Shown in pieces: positions 12,235-22,848 of a stretch of DNA of 64,000 nt (position 1 is the first letter of the stretch; every line of letters begins with the position of its first letter). Where the stretch lies: assembly GCF_006345805.1 (NCBI RefSeq), contig NC_043014.1, positions 32,612,001 through 32,676,000 on the forward strand, read 5' to 3'. The notes under the pieces were generated by a model. It was not told where the DNA came from, did not search any database, and saw only the letters and a program-made list of their open reading frames with translations. This DNA is from Octopus sinensis. Lineage: Eukaryota. The position numbers were made by a program, and so were the translations under genes.

Positions 12235-13210
12235 GGTGGTGGTGGTGGTGGTGGTGGTGGGGTGGTGGTGGTGGTGGTGGTGGTGGTGATGGTGGCAGTG
12301 GTGGTGATGGTGGGGGTTATGTCTGGAGCGGGCAATTCTAGGACAAATTCATCTACACCGCCAACACCACCAGCGCCGACATTCGCCCCCCCCCCGTTAT
12401 CGCCACTATCTACATCAGCCTTCCCCCCCACCGCCACTGCCACCCCTCACTTCACCATCGCTGCCACGACCACCAGTGTCAGCACCATCTACATCAGCAA
12501 CACCTTAAACTATTTATGCCTTAGGGGGTCCTCGTTTGATTGGTTGTTGTAGATACAGTGATTATTAAATCCTAAATTAGAAAAATAAACGAAAACAGAA
12601 ATAAAAATTTTAAATGTTTAATAAAGAAAAAAGTCGAATTTGATGATTAACAAAAAAATTATTAATTTACAAAATGAAACAAAATATTCTGCAACAATAA
12701 GCTTAGCAATAACAACAATAAATGCAATACAAAACATTACAATAACAACAAACACAACGATAGCAATATACAATAGCAACAACAACACCATGTTAAACAA
12801 AGGGAGAAGTAGACAAGTTAATATATAAACAATTTGTGCATTATTTGTTTAAGTATTAATTAATGCAATGATTAATCTTTGATGGGTGGAGTTTACATCT
12901 CAGTTGAATAACTGATTGACTGGATGACTGATGGAGGTATTGACTGATTGACTGATTAATTGGCTAATTTATTGAGTGATTGAGTAAGTGATTAAGTCAT
13001 GAATAGAGTGAATTAAGTGATGAATAGAGACATAAATATAATGCAACAAACATCTTACACAGTACCCCTACTGAAAATGCATGCATTATACATAAAAGTA
13101 TAGTATATGAATGAAATGTATATCAGATACAGAAATACAGAACAGATGGACACATAATCAAATATCGCATGTAAGGAAATACAAGATGTGCCACGCCAGA
13201 CCATTACGCT

Positions 13211-13417
13211 TTTATTCTTTTACTTGTTTTAGTCATTTGAATGCGGCCATGCTCGAGCAGTACCTTTAGTCAAAAAAATCGCCCCCAGGACTTATTCTTT
13301 GTAAGCCTAGTACTTATTGTATCAGTCTCTTTTGCTGAACCCCTAAGTTACAGGGACATAAACACACCAACATCAGTTGTCAAGCGATGGTGGGGAGACA
13401 AACACAGACACACAAAC

Positions 13418-13450
<33 letters not shown>

Positions 13451-13776
13451 CAACGGGCTTCTTTCAGTTTCCATCAACCAAATCCACTCACAAGGCTTGG
13501 TCAGCCCGAGGCTATAGTAGAAGACACTTGCCCAAGGTGCAATGCAATGGGACTGAACCCGGAACCATATGGTTGGTAAGAAAGCTACTTACCACACAGC
13601 CACTCCTGCGTCAATATATATACGATGGGCTTTTTTCAGTTTCCATCTACCAAATCCACTCACAAGGTCCGAGGCTATAGTAGAAGTCACTTGCCCAAGA
13701 TGCAATGCAGTGGGACTGAACCCGGAACCATGTGGTAGGTAAGCAAGCTACTTACCACACAGCCACTCCTGTGCCT
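13211..13776 (-). mobile_element. SINE family A (13211-13611) plus a tandem copy of its 5' half (13615-13776)
   Basis: Full reverse-complement copy, followed by a second CAGTTTCCATCTACCAAATCCACTCACAAG...CTTACCACACAGCCACTCCTG. Confidence 0.85.
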
Positions 13777-13789
13777 ATTAGCAAACACA

Positions 13790-14630
13790 GTTTTGGCACA
13801 AGCCAGCAATTTTGGGATGAGTTGGGTAAGTGATTACATTGACCCCAGTGCTCAACTGGTATTTATTTTTTCAACCCTGAAAGGATGAAGGGCAAAGTCA
13901 GCTTTGGTAGAACTTGAAATCAGAGTGTAAAGAGAGATAAAATGTTACTTAGCATCTTGACCAGCAAGCTATCAATTCTGCCAGTTTACCACCATAGTGA
14001 TTTCAAATTCTGGCACAAGGCCAGCAATTTTGGGAGGTAGGGCTAATTTGATTACATTGACCCCAGTGTTCAACTGTTATTTAATTTATCAACCCTGAAA
14101 CGATGAAAGGCTAAGTCAACCTTGGCAGAATTTGAACTCAGAATGTAAAAACAGACAAAATTCCACTAAGCATTTTTCCCAGTGTGCTATTGATTCTGCC
14201 ATCTCACCACCTTCTGACACAAATAATATATTCTTTTCTACTCTAGGCACAAGGCCTGAAACTTTTGGGGAGGGGGCCAGTCGATTAGATTGATCCCAGT
14301 TCGCAACTGGCACTTAATTTATTGACCCCAAAAGGATGAAAGGCAAAGTCGACCTCAGCTGAATTTAAACTCAGAACGTAAAGACAGACAAAATACCTAT
14401 TTCATTACTACCCACAAGAGGCTAAACACAGAGAGGACAAACAAGGACAGACACATGGATTAAGTCGATTATATCAACCCCAGTGTGTAACTGGTACTTA
14501 TTTAATCGACCCCGAAAGGATGAAAGGCAAAGTTGACCTCAGCGGAATTTGAACTCAGAACACAGCGGCAAATGAAATACTGCTAAGCATTTCACCTGGC
14601 GTGCTAACGTTTCTGCCAGCTCACCTGTGC
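13790..14630 (-). mobile_element. Cluster of four same-orientation SINE B copies, including a composite dimer at about 14230-14630
   Basis: Repeated GACCCCAGTG...CTGGTAC...GGATGAAAGGCAAAGTC...TTTGAACTCAGAA cores near 13840, 14060, 14290 and 14480. Confidence 0.85.
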
Positions 14631-14704
14631 CTTCTGATGCAAATAATATATTACAAAGACAATATGATCAATAACACCTCCTTATTAACAACACACCACA
14701 AGTA

Positions 14705-14930
14705 TGCAAATCTGAGAACAAACTTAGAATGACCAATATAGTTTATAAATTTGACTGTAAAATTGCAAGTTGTAAGCTTCACACAGGTGTCAATATAATC
14801 AAATTGTTAGATTGACCAGACAAGTACAACACTTTCTCATAGACTTACCATGCATTTAAAACAAGGAGCAATTGCAACATACTACACTAAACACTATAAA
14901 ATAAAACTAATTAAGAAAATATTAATTCAA
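14705..14930 (+). mobile_element. Penelope-like element GIY-YIG endonuclease remnant
   Basis: Translates as TNIVYKFDCKIASC and, after a frameshift, DQTSTTLSHRLTMHLKQGAIATYYTKH. This matches the VVY-F-C...G-T-T-L-RL-H pattern of PLE endonucleases. Confidence 0.55.
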
Positions 14931-14934
14931 ATTT

Positions 14935-15135
14935 TGGTAAAAGGCCAGCACTTCAGGGTAGGGGCTAAGTTTATTACATTGATCCCAGTGCTTAACTGGT
15001 ACTCATGTTATTGCCCCCAGAAGGCTAGAAAGGAAAAGTTGACCCTAACAGTATTTGAACCCAGAATATAAAGATGGACAAAATGCTTAGCAGCATTTTG
15101 TTCCATGTGCTAATGATTTTGCCAGCTCACTGCCT
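14935..15135 (-). mobile_element. SINE family B
   Basis: TTTTGGTAAAAGGCCAGC...GATCCCAGTGCTTAACTGGTAC...TTTGAACCCAGAA...GCCAGCTCAC. Confidence 0.7.
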
Positions 15136-15180
15136 TTGGTTAGGGAAATATTAACAGAAAATACTTCTATACTTCTATAT

Positions 15181-15435
15181 AAGGGTAGCGAGCTGGCAAA
15201 GGGTGGTGAGCTGGCAGAAACGTTAGCACGCCGGGCAAAATGCTTACTGGTATTTCGTCTGCCACTATGTTCTGAGTTCAAATTCTGCCGAGGTCAACTT
15301 TGCCTTTCATCCTTTCGGGGTCAATAAATTAAATACCAGTTACACACTGGGGTCAATGTAATTGACTTAATCCCTTTGTCTGTCCTTGTTTGTCCCCTCT
15401 ATGTTTAGCCCCCCACTGTGGGTAATAAAGAAATA
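15181..15435 (+). mobile_element. SINE family B, full length, with 19-bp target-site duplication and duplicated head
   Basis: AGAAAATACTTCTATACTT at 15156-15174 and 15436-15454. Head GAGCTGGCA occurs twice. B-box-like GAGTTCAAATTC. Confidence 0.9.
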
Positions 15436-15597
15436 AGAAAATACTTCTATACTTTATAGAATTCTTCACAGCTTGCTGCTGACAATTTTTTCTGCAATGT
15501 ATGGATAGTTTATCCTGTTCATGCTATAATATTAGCATCATCCTCTGTTTGAGAATAAATTATTTCCTTATCTGTATCTGTTAATAAAAATATAATT

Positions 15598-15785
15598 CTT
15601 TCTAATTTTGGTACAAGAGCATCAATTCTAAAGGGAATAGAAGGTTAATTACATCAACCCCAATGTTCACCTTGGTATTTATTTTATCAACATCAAAACA
15701 ATGAAAAGGAAAAATTTTCTTCAGCAGAATATGAATTCAGAACATGACATGGAGCTGAAAGAAATATTGCTAAGCATTTTGTTTC
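15598..15785 (-). mobile_element. SINE family B, degenerate
   Basis: TTCTAATTTTGGTACAAG...ACATCAACCCCAATG...GAATTCAGAAC...CTAAGCATTTT. Confidence 0.6.
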
Positions 15786-15845
15786 CAGCATAACATATTT
15801 AAAGGAGAAAATGTTCCCCATACATTCAAACGTTTGTATGCGCAT

Positions 15846-15905
<60 letters not shown>

Positions 15906-17029
15906 GTGTAAATCTTGATATTTCCCAGTTTCACTTAGCAATGTTTGAGTGAAAGAGTGATATGATGTTTACATTCTTTGATGATAATAAGACTCATCAT
16001 TCTGTGCTTACTTGAAAAACGGATAACACTTGGTAACAAGAAGAACATCCAGCTGTAAAATTCTGCCTCTAATTAGTCCCTTCCAATCCATAAAACCATG
16101 GGAAACCTGATTTTAAATGAACAAATGAACATATAAGATACTGAACCATCCCCAAAGCTTTCAAATTATGAATTTAATGACTGCTTCTACCCTCATATGG
16201 CTACATGTTTTGTTACCTGAATATGAAGTTTTTTTTCTCCCAAAGTATTAAACATAAAATAAATTTATTTTAAAAAATATACAGTGTAATGGCTTCAACA
16301 TTTTTCAAATCCAATTTCATGAATCTTCACACTTTTTTTCTCAACAAAAATTTAATTACACATCTCTCTTTGCTAGGGTAAATATGAAAAAGAAATTTCA
16401 TAGATAATATCTTAATACTTGCATGTCAAGTGAACTTAATTCACAGAAAAATATCTACACAGAACAGAAGACTAAGTTTATGTCAGTGAATTGCTTCTAT
16501 TCCTATCACTATATTCAGAAGGGATTTAGCAAATAAGAGGAGAATTTTCCAGTAATTTGTTTTATGAAAACAATGGAGCTGGAACATGTTTGAAGATGCT
16601 GAGCCATCCCCAAATCTGACAAGCTATGTAGTTGAAGAAACTATGTGCTTCTTTTATAATTACTTCTTATTTTTATCTCTCTTTGAAAACGAGTTTTATG
16701 CTCAAAATATTAAATGTAAAATTTGGTAAGTTTGCTTCTTTATTTTTAAAATATATTACATAATGCCTTCTTTATTTTTCAAATTAAATTTCACAATGTT
16801 TCATGCAAATTTTCTCAACAAAAATTTTACACACATACATGCTCAAGCTCACACACACATGTTCATATACTCACATATATATATATATAGTGTGTGTGAG
16901 GGAGATACACACGCACACTCACACATGTATGAATATATATATATATATATATAGGAGATAAATAAAAATATATGCATACATACAAACATATATGTGCGTA
17001 CCTACATCTACATGTATATATACATGCAT

Positions 17030-17547
17030 ATATAAATAATTATACGGAAGTACAGGACATCACAATAAGACGTAGAAACAGAAAAAGCCAAAAAACAAAA
17101 AACAGAAAACGGAAAACGAAAACCAAATACAGGACAGGTTACACAAGGACAAACCCCCGTCATCAGCTGTCGCTAGAGGAGTCAGGCATGTTTCGAAGGC
17201 ATAACAGAACACTAATCCAATAGGCCTTCCTGCGAGAGAATTAAAATAAAATTTCAAGCAGCGGGGCACAATGAGTACGAACACAAACAAGACGTAACAT
17301 AAGACTGCAAATTAAAATACATGTACAAAAACAAACACAAGAGGACGAACGAAAAAGCCTTTTTTCTGGCATAGACAAACAATAAAACTGCAAAAATAAA
17401 AATACATGTACAAAAAGTACAATTAGTTACAAAACGAGAAAATAACAAGAATACTATACAGGAAATTAACCACACAAGGGGACGAACGAAGAAGCCTTTT
17501 TGCTGGCAAGGACGAAAGTGTAGTAGCAGCGCATGGAGGCAGTCTTT
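17030..17547. mobile_element. Unclassified CpG-rich insertion (LTR/pLTR-like) between (TA)n-rich tracts
   Basis: About 19 CpG in about 500 bp against a CpG-poor background. Internal duplicated motifs CACAAG-GGACGAACGAA-AAGCCTTTT and AAAATACATGTACAAAAA. No recognisable ORF. Confidence 0.45.
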
Positions 17548-17555
17548 TCAATAGT

Positions 17556-17599
<44 letters not shown>

Positions 17600-17613
17600 G
17601 TGGTGGTGCTGCT

Positions 17614-17647
<34 letters not shown>

Positions 17648-18064
17648 GAGGAAGAGGAGGTGGAGTAAGAGGAGAAGGAGGAGGAAGAGGAGAAGGAGGA
17701 GGAAGAGGAGAAGGCAAAGGAAGAGGAGGCAGAGGTGCAGCAGCAGCAACAGCAACAGTAGTAATGAAAGGCAAAAAGGAAGACAGAAAAATAAGAACCT
17801 AAAAAAGAAAGCATTAAAACATGGTAGGTGTGGAGAAGGTGGGGGGGGGAGTACTAAGCAGGCACTGAGTTTCATCACAGTTGGACTCTTGATTCTGGTG
17901 AAAAAGATAATTAAGCTGATTAATTTCTTTGATGGTAACAAAGGACCAGAACGTACAATGAACAAATGTCTCAATGTGATTGTGTTCACTCAAGCCCATC
18001 CACATCTTAATTGTCATTTGAAGCCTTAGTGAGCCATAAACAAGCCTGAAGCAACCAGACCAGA

Positions 18065-18222
18065 TGCTACTATTACTTCTTTGCTTACAAACCACATGGT
18101 TCTGGGTTCAGTCTCACTGCATGGCACCTTGGGCAAATGTCTTCTACTATAGCCTCGGGCCAACCAAAGCCTTGTGAATGGATTTGGTAGACAGAAACTG
18201 AAAGAAGCCCATCGTATATATG

Positions 18223-18289
<67 letters not shown>

Positions 18290-18501
18290 ATGTTTGTGTA
18301 TCTGTGTTTGTCCCCCCAACATCGCTTGACAACCGATGGTAGTGTGTTTACGTCCCCGTAACCTAGCTGTTCGGCAAAAGAGACTGATAGAATAAGTACT
18401 AGGCTTACAAAGAATAAGTCCTGGCATCAATTTGCTTGACTAAAGGTGGTGTCCAGCATAGCCACAGTCAAATGACTGAAACAAGTATAAGAGTAAAAAG
18501 A

Positions 18502-18505
<4 letters not shown>
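18065..18505 (+). mobile_element. SINE family A followed by (TAA)n
   Basis: AACCACATGGTTCTGGGTTCAGTC...(TA)n(TG)n...GACTGAAACAAGTATAAGAG. Confidence 0.85.
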
Positions 18506-18540
<35 letters not shown>

Positions 18541-18569
18541 TAATAATAATAATGATAATAATAATGGTA

Positions 18570-18905
18570 ACTTCTTCTACAATAGGCATAAGGCCTGAAA
18601 TTTTGTGATCTGTGACAAGACGGGGCTACTTAATTACAGTGACCCCAGTGATCAACTAGTACTTATTTTAGTGACCCTTGAAAGGATGACAGGCCAAGTT
18701 GAGCTCAGCAGAATTTGAACTCAGATGATAAAGGGTTGGAAGAACCACTGCTAAGCATTATGTCCTATGTGCTAATGATTCTGTCAACTCACAACCTTCT
18801 TTGAAAGGATTAAAGACATAGTCGACCTTGGTGAGATTTGAACTCAGAACATATAGATCCACAAAGCATTTTGTCCAAGATGCTAACAATTCTGCCTGCT
18901 CACCA
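18570..18905 (-). mobile_element. SINE family B (one full copy and one partial head)
   Basis: GACCCCAGTGATCAACTAGTAC...GGATGAC...ATTTGAACTCAG, then a second GTCGACCTTGG...TTTGAACTCAGAAC. Confidence 0.65.
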
Positions 18906-19660
18906 TTCATACATAACATTCTATGCTAGCCTTTTGTGGTATAAAACCTTAAATAAATAAATAAGTTTCAGAAATCAGTTGATAAAACTTTAAATAAAGA
19001 TAAAACTTTAAATAAATGAATAATTTTCAGAAATTTATTGACAAATTAACAAAGTAATTAGTAAATAAATAATCAATCCATTAATTAATGTCACAGATCA
19101 GAAAAGGTGTAAGATTCTAAAAGTGATTACTGTGGATTTCCTTATGCTGAGTGCACTTATCATGTTACAAGGCTTGCTGCAAAATAGACAAAGCAACGTG
19201 TCATTAAGAGATAGTAATTTAATAAATGTATTTACAAAATTGAAGTAAATAAAGATTGCTGGGGAAAAAAATACTCATGTTGAAATAATAGAAATTAAGA
19301 CATTTCAAAAGTATAGTATTAAAGGTTAAAATAACTATTATAAATGTATAAGACCATAATCTTACTTTTTTAAGTGAAGGGTTAAGAATGCAGCCAGATC
19401 AGATTATAAATATCTAAGGCATGTGTTCAAAATTGCCGTAATAATTCTAAATGACCTGTAATGAGGAAGAGTCATCAAAACAATGATAGTAAAATGCAAA
19501 TGAATATCTTATGAATGAATGAAGGTGAAGAATAAATGTAATGACAGAGTGATAGAACAATGCCTTGATAAACTTGTAATTATAAGATTGAATGGAAATT
19601 TAAAATAAACAGTGAAACCAAGGTTATTCAGTACATGTATATAAAGTTAATATGTATATA

Positions 19661-21333
19661 GGTGCAGGAATGACTGTGTGGTAAGAAGCTTGCTTTCCAA
19701 CCACATGGTTACTGGTTCAGTTCCACTGCATGGCATCTTGGGCAAGTGTCTTTTACTATAGCCTCGGGCTGAACAAAGCTGTGTGAGTAGATTTGGTAGA
19801 CAGAAACTGAAAGAAGCCTGTCGTGTATACACAGGGGTTAGACAAAATAATGGAAACACATTAAAATTTCAAACAAATTTATTTTGATATGGGGTAGGAC
19901 CACCTTTGGTAGTAATTACAGCTTGAATTCTATGAGGTATGGACTCGTACAAAGTTTGAATTGTTTTGAAAGGAATTTTTGTCCATTCTTCAGCTAAAAC
20001 TATCTCCAGTTCTTGTAGTGATGATGGTGGAAGATATTGACTCCTTTTCCTGTTTTCTTAAAATGCACCATAAATGTTCAATAATATTGAGATCTGGGGA
20101 CTATGGTGGCCAGATAAGATGTTCAACTTAACTGGAATGTTTATCGTGCTATTCAGTAACAATTTAGCTGTGTGAATTGGTGCATTATCATCCCGAAAGA
20201 TTGAGTTTTCCTCTGGAAACAGTTCCGCAACCATAGGATGAATTTGGTCAGATAAAATGCTTAAATGATCTTGACTATTAATTCTGCCATGAAGGGAAAC
20301 CATTAGGCTGGTGGATTTCCAAGCTATAGCCCTCCAGATCATCACAGATCCTCCTCCATGTTTAACAGTTGTAAGAAGGCAGTCTGGGTCAAATGCTTCT
20401 TTTGGCTGTCTCTATATGTATACTCGGCCAGTGATTGGAAATAAGGTAAAGGATGACTTATCCAAGAAAATAACATTCTTCTACTGCTCTAGGGACCAAT
20501 TCTGTAAGTTTTTACTCCACTCTAAATGCTCTGCAACGTTTGTTTTTGAAAGTAGTGGTTTTCTGATTGTAGCCCTCCTGTGAAATCCAGCTTTGAGCAG
20601 CTCCCAGCGAACTGTTTTTGTGGAAACTGGGCTCTTGAGCTGGTCATTAAGCTCTGCTGTAATTTAGGGAGCTGTACTTTTGTGATCCTTTCTAATAATT
20701 CACGTAAGAGTCCAACAGTCCCTATCTGAAAGTTTTGGTTTTCTTCCAGAGTTTTGTTTTGATGGGGAAGTTTTTCCCTCTTTCTCAAAGGCCGTCATTA
20801 TTTTCGAGATAGTACTTCTTGATACAGCAAACATTTCGGCTGTTTTCGTTATGCTAGCACCTGCCACACAAGCACCAACAATTTTACCTCTTTCAAAATT
20901 TGATAGATCTGTCATTTTAATGAATTTTAATTACCTTTTTCTGATGATATTTGAAAAGAAACAGCAATTTTAGAAAAACATATTACACAACACTAATAAT
21001 AAATTGAAAAACAAAAATAAACAAGCTTTTGACAGATTTATTGATATTTCAAAATTATGATGCTATGATGCTAGGTGTTGCCATTATTTTGTCCAACCCC
21101 TGTATATATATATATATATATATATATTTGTGCATCTGTGTTTGTCCCCCACCACCATTGCTTGACAACCGATGTTGGTGTGTTTACATCCCCAAAATTT
21201 TGTGGTTTAGCAAAAGAGACCGATAGAATAAGTACTAAGCTTAGAAAGAATAAATCCCAGAGTTGATTTATTTGACTAAAGGTGGTGCTCCAGCATGGCC
21301 ACAGTCAAAATGACTGAAACAAGTAAAAGAGTA
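19661..21333 (+). mobile_element. SINE family A split at its linker by the Tc1 element
   Basis: 5' half 19661-19831 ends GAAAGAAGCCTGTCGTGTATA. 3' half 21103-21333 resumes (TA)n-TTTGTGCATCTGTGTTTGTCCCC...GAAACAAGTAAAAGAG. Confidence 0.9.
19832..21102 (-). mobile_element. Full-length (1271 bp) decayed Tc1 transposon
   Basis: 28-bp TIRs CAGGGGTTAGACAAAATAATGGAAACAC / GTGTTGCCATTATTTTGTCCAACCCCTG (2 mismatches). TA on the right, CA on the left. Minus-strand pieces MTDLSNFERGKIVG...SGRKPKLS (HTH) and MIW...SIFRDDNAPIHTAK (DDE domain), with stops and frameshifts. Confidence 0.95.
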
Positions 21334-22171
21334 TGTAAAGATCTAAGGTGGTGGTCTGGCAGAATTGTTAACATGTTGGGCCAAATACTTAGAGACATTT
21401 CATCTGACTGTTGTGGGAATGATAGTAATAATGGTACACCCTTCTCATGTGATGAGTGGTATGTGATAATCACTATAAATAAGGTGATGTCAGTCAGTAT
21501 AATGGAGAACATGAAGTAGACAGTCATAGATAGTTGTGATTTTACTTGTCTTACTAATTATACTGCTATACAAGAGTGGGCATTATAACAATCTAACATT
21601 AAGGATTACAATAGTGGCGATGAGGAATTAACAAACTCACAAGGAATTAATGAATTCACAGAAGTTTTTTTGTGCAAATTTTATGGAAAAAATTATGGAA
21701 AATTTGTTGGCTGGTTTGCTCAAGTTGCAAAAGCAGCAACAACAACAGGAAAGAAACAACAACAGCAACAACAACAGCAACAACAACAGGAAAGAACAAC
21801 AACAGTGGCAGCTATAACTGCAAGAACAACAACAGAAGCAACAACAACAACAACAATTACTATTATAACAACAAATGCTGCAATTAATGAAGAGTAAGTT
21901 GTCAGGAGATGCTGAAGAAATGTTCTCACCAGATTATGTTGTGAACTCAATAACAGAGTTTAAGTACAAACCAGACAAAAGAGTTACCTTCGAGGCTTAC
22001 TACAGGAGATATGAACAAAAGTTCAATAAAGCATGCAAAGATTGGGACAATGACATAAAAATGTGTTTAATCTTCGGAAAACTGGCAGCAGGAGAACATG
22101 AGCATTACAGCAATTATGTACTCCTGGAAAAAAAAACCTTCTGACATAAACTTTAAAGACACAATAGATAT

Positions 22172-22381
22172 TTTTTTTTTTTACTTGTTCAGTCATTTGA
22201 CTGCGGCCATGCTGGAGCACCGCCTTTATTCGAGCAAATCGACCCCGGGACTTATTCTTTGTAAGCCCAGTACTTATTCTATCGGTCTCTTTTGCCGAAC
22301 CACTAAGTGACGGGGATGTAAACACACCAGCATCGGTTGTCAAGCAATGCTAGAGGGACAAACACAGACACCCAAACATAT

Positions 22382-22436
<55 letters not shown>

Positions 22437-22653
22437 ATATTTAAAATTAAGGATAAAATCTTTATAAGAAATTATCAGTAGTTAGCGTGAAAACCTCGTA
22501 AGAGAAAAAATTCGTAAATTTTTCCACTTTTAAAATATTTATATTATATAGAGGGTACTATTATTCATAGGTACTGCACGCTAGGAGGGACTTTTGCAGT
22601 CAAAACTACTAGTAGTTTTGACTGCAATAGTCCCTCTATATAATATAAATATA

Positions 22654-22684
<31 letters not shown>

Positions 22685-22848
22685 CGACAGGCTTCTTCTA
22701 GTTTCCGTCTACCAAATCCACTCACAAGACTTAGGTCGGCCCAAGGCTATAGTAGAAGACACTTGCCCAAGATGCCATGCAGTGGGACTGAACCCAGAAC
22801 CATGTGGTTCATAAGTGAGCTACTTACCACACAGCCACTCCTGCGCCT
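22172..22848 (-). mobile_element. SINE family A inserted in the gag remnant, itself interrupted at the linker
   Basis: 3' half 22172-22440 and 5' half about 22680-22848. Gag translation DINFKDTIDI...VCKDFREKSLLFNT continues across the insertion. Confidence 0.9.
22441..22652. other. About 210-bp hairpin-ended insertion in the SINE (TA)n linker
   Basis: Perfect 34-bp palindrome at 22594-22627, extending to 52 bp with one mismatch. Outer perfect inverted repeat 22537-22555 / 22632-22650. Confidence 0.8.

Noticed and set aside
12140-12552. G-rich to C-rich switch with a Pro/Thr-rich ORF (12157..12552) after a possible acceptor
   Set aside because: Dominated by (GAT)n/(GGT)n and degenerate (CCA)n; no recognisable protein, no donor.
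17160-17330. Hammerhead ribozyme on the minus strand (GAAAC and CTGATGA motifs)
   Set aside because: CTGATGA lies downstream of GAAAC with no pairing stem I or II. The position before the GAAGGC/GCCTTC stem reads CTCGCAG, not CTGANGA, and there is no GUH site. At most a decayed relic.
18950-19045. Short AT-rich direct repeats (GATAAAACTTTAAATAAA twice)
   Set aside because: Ordinary local slippage duplication in very AT-rich DNA.
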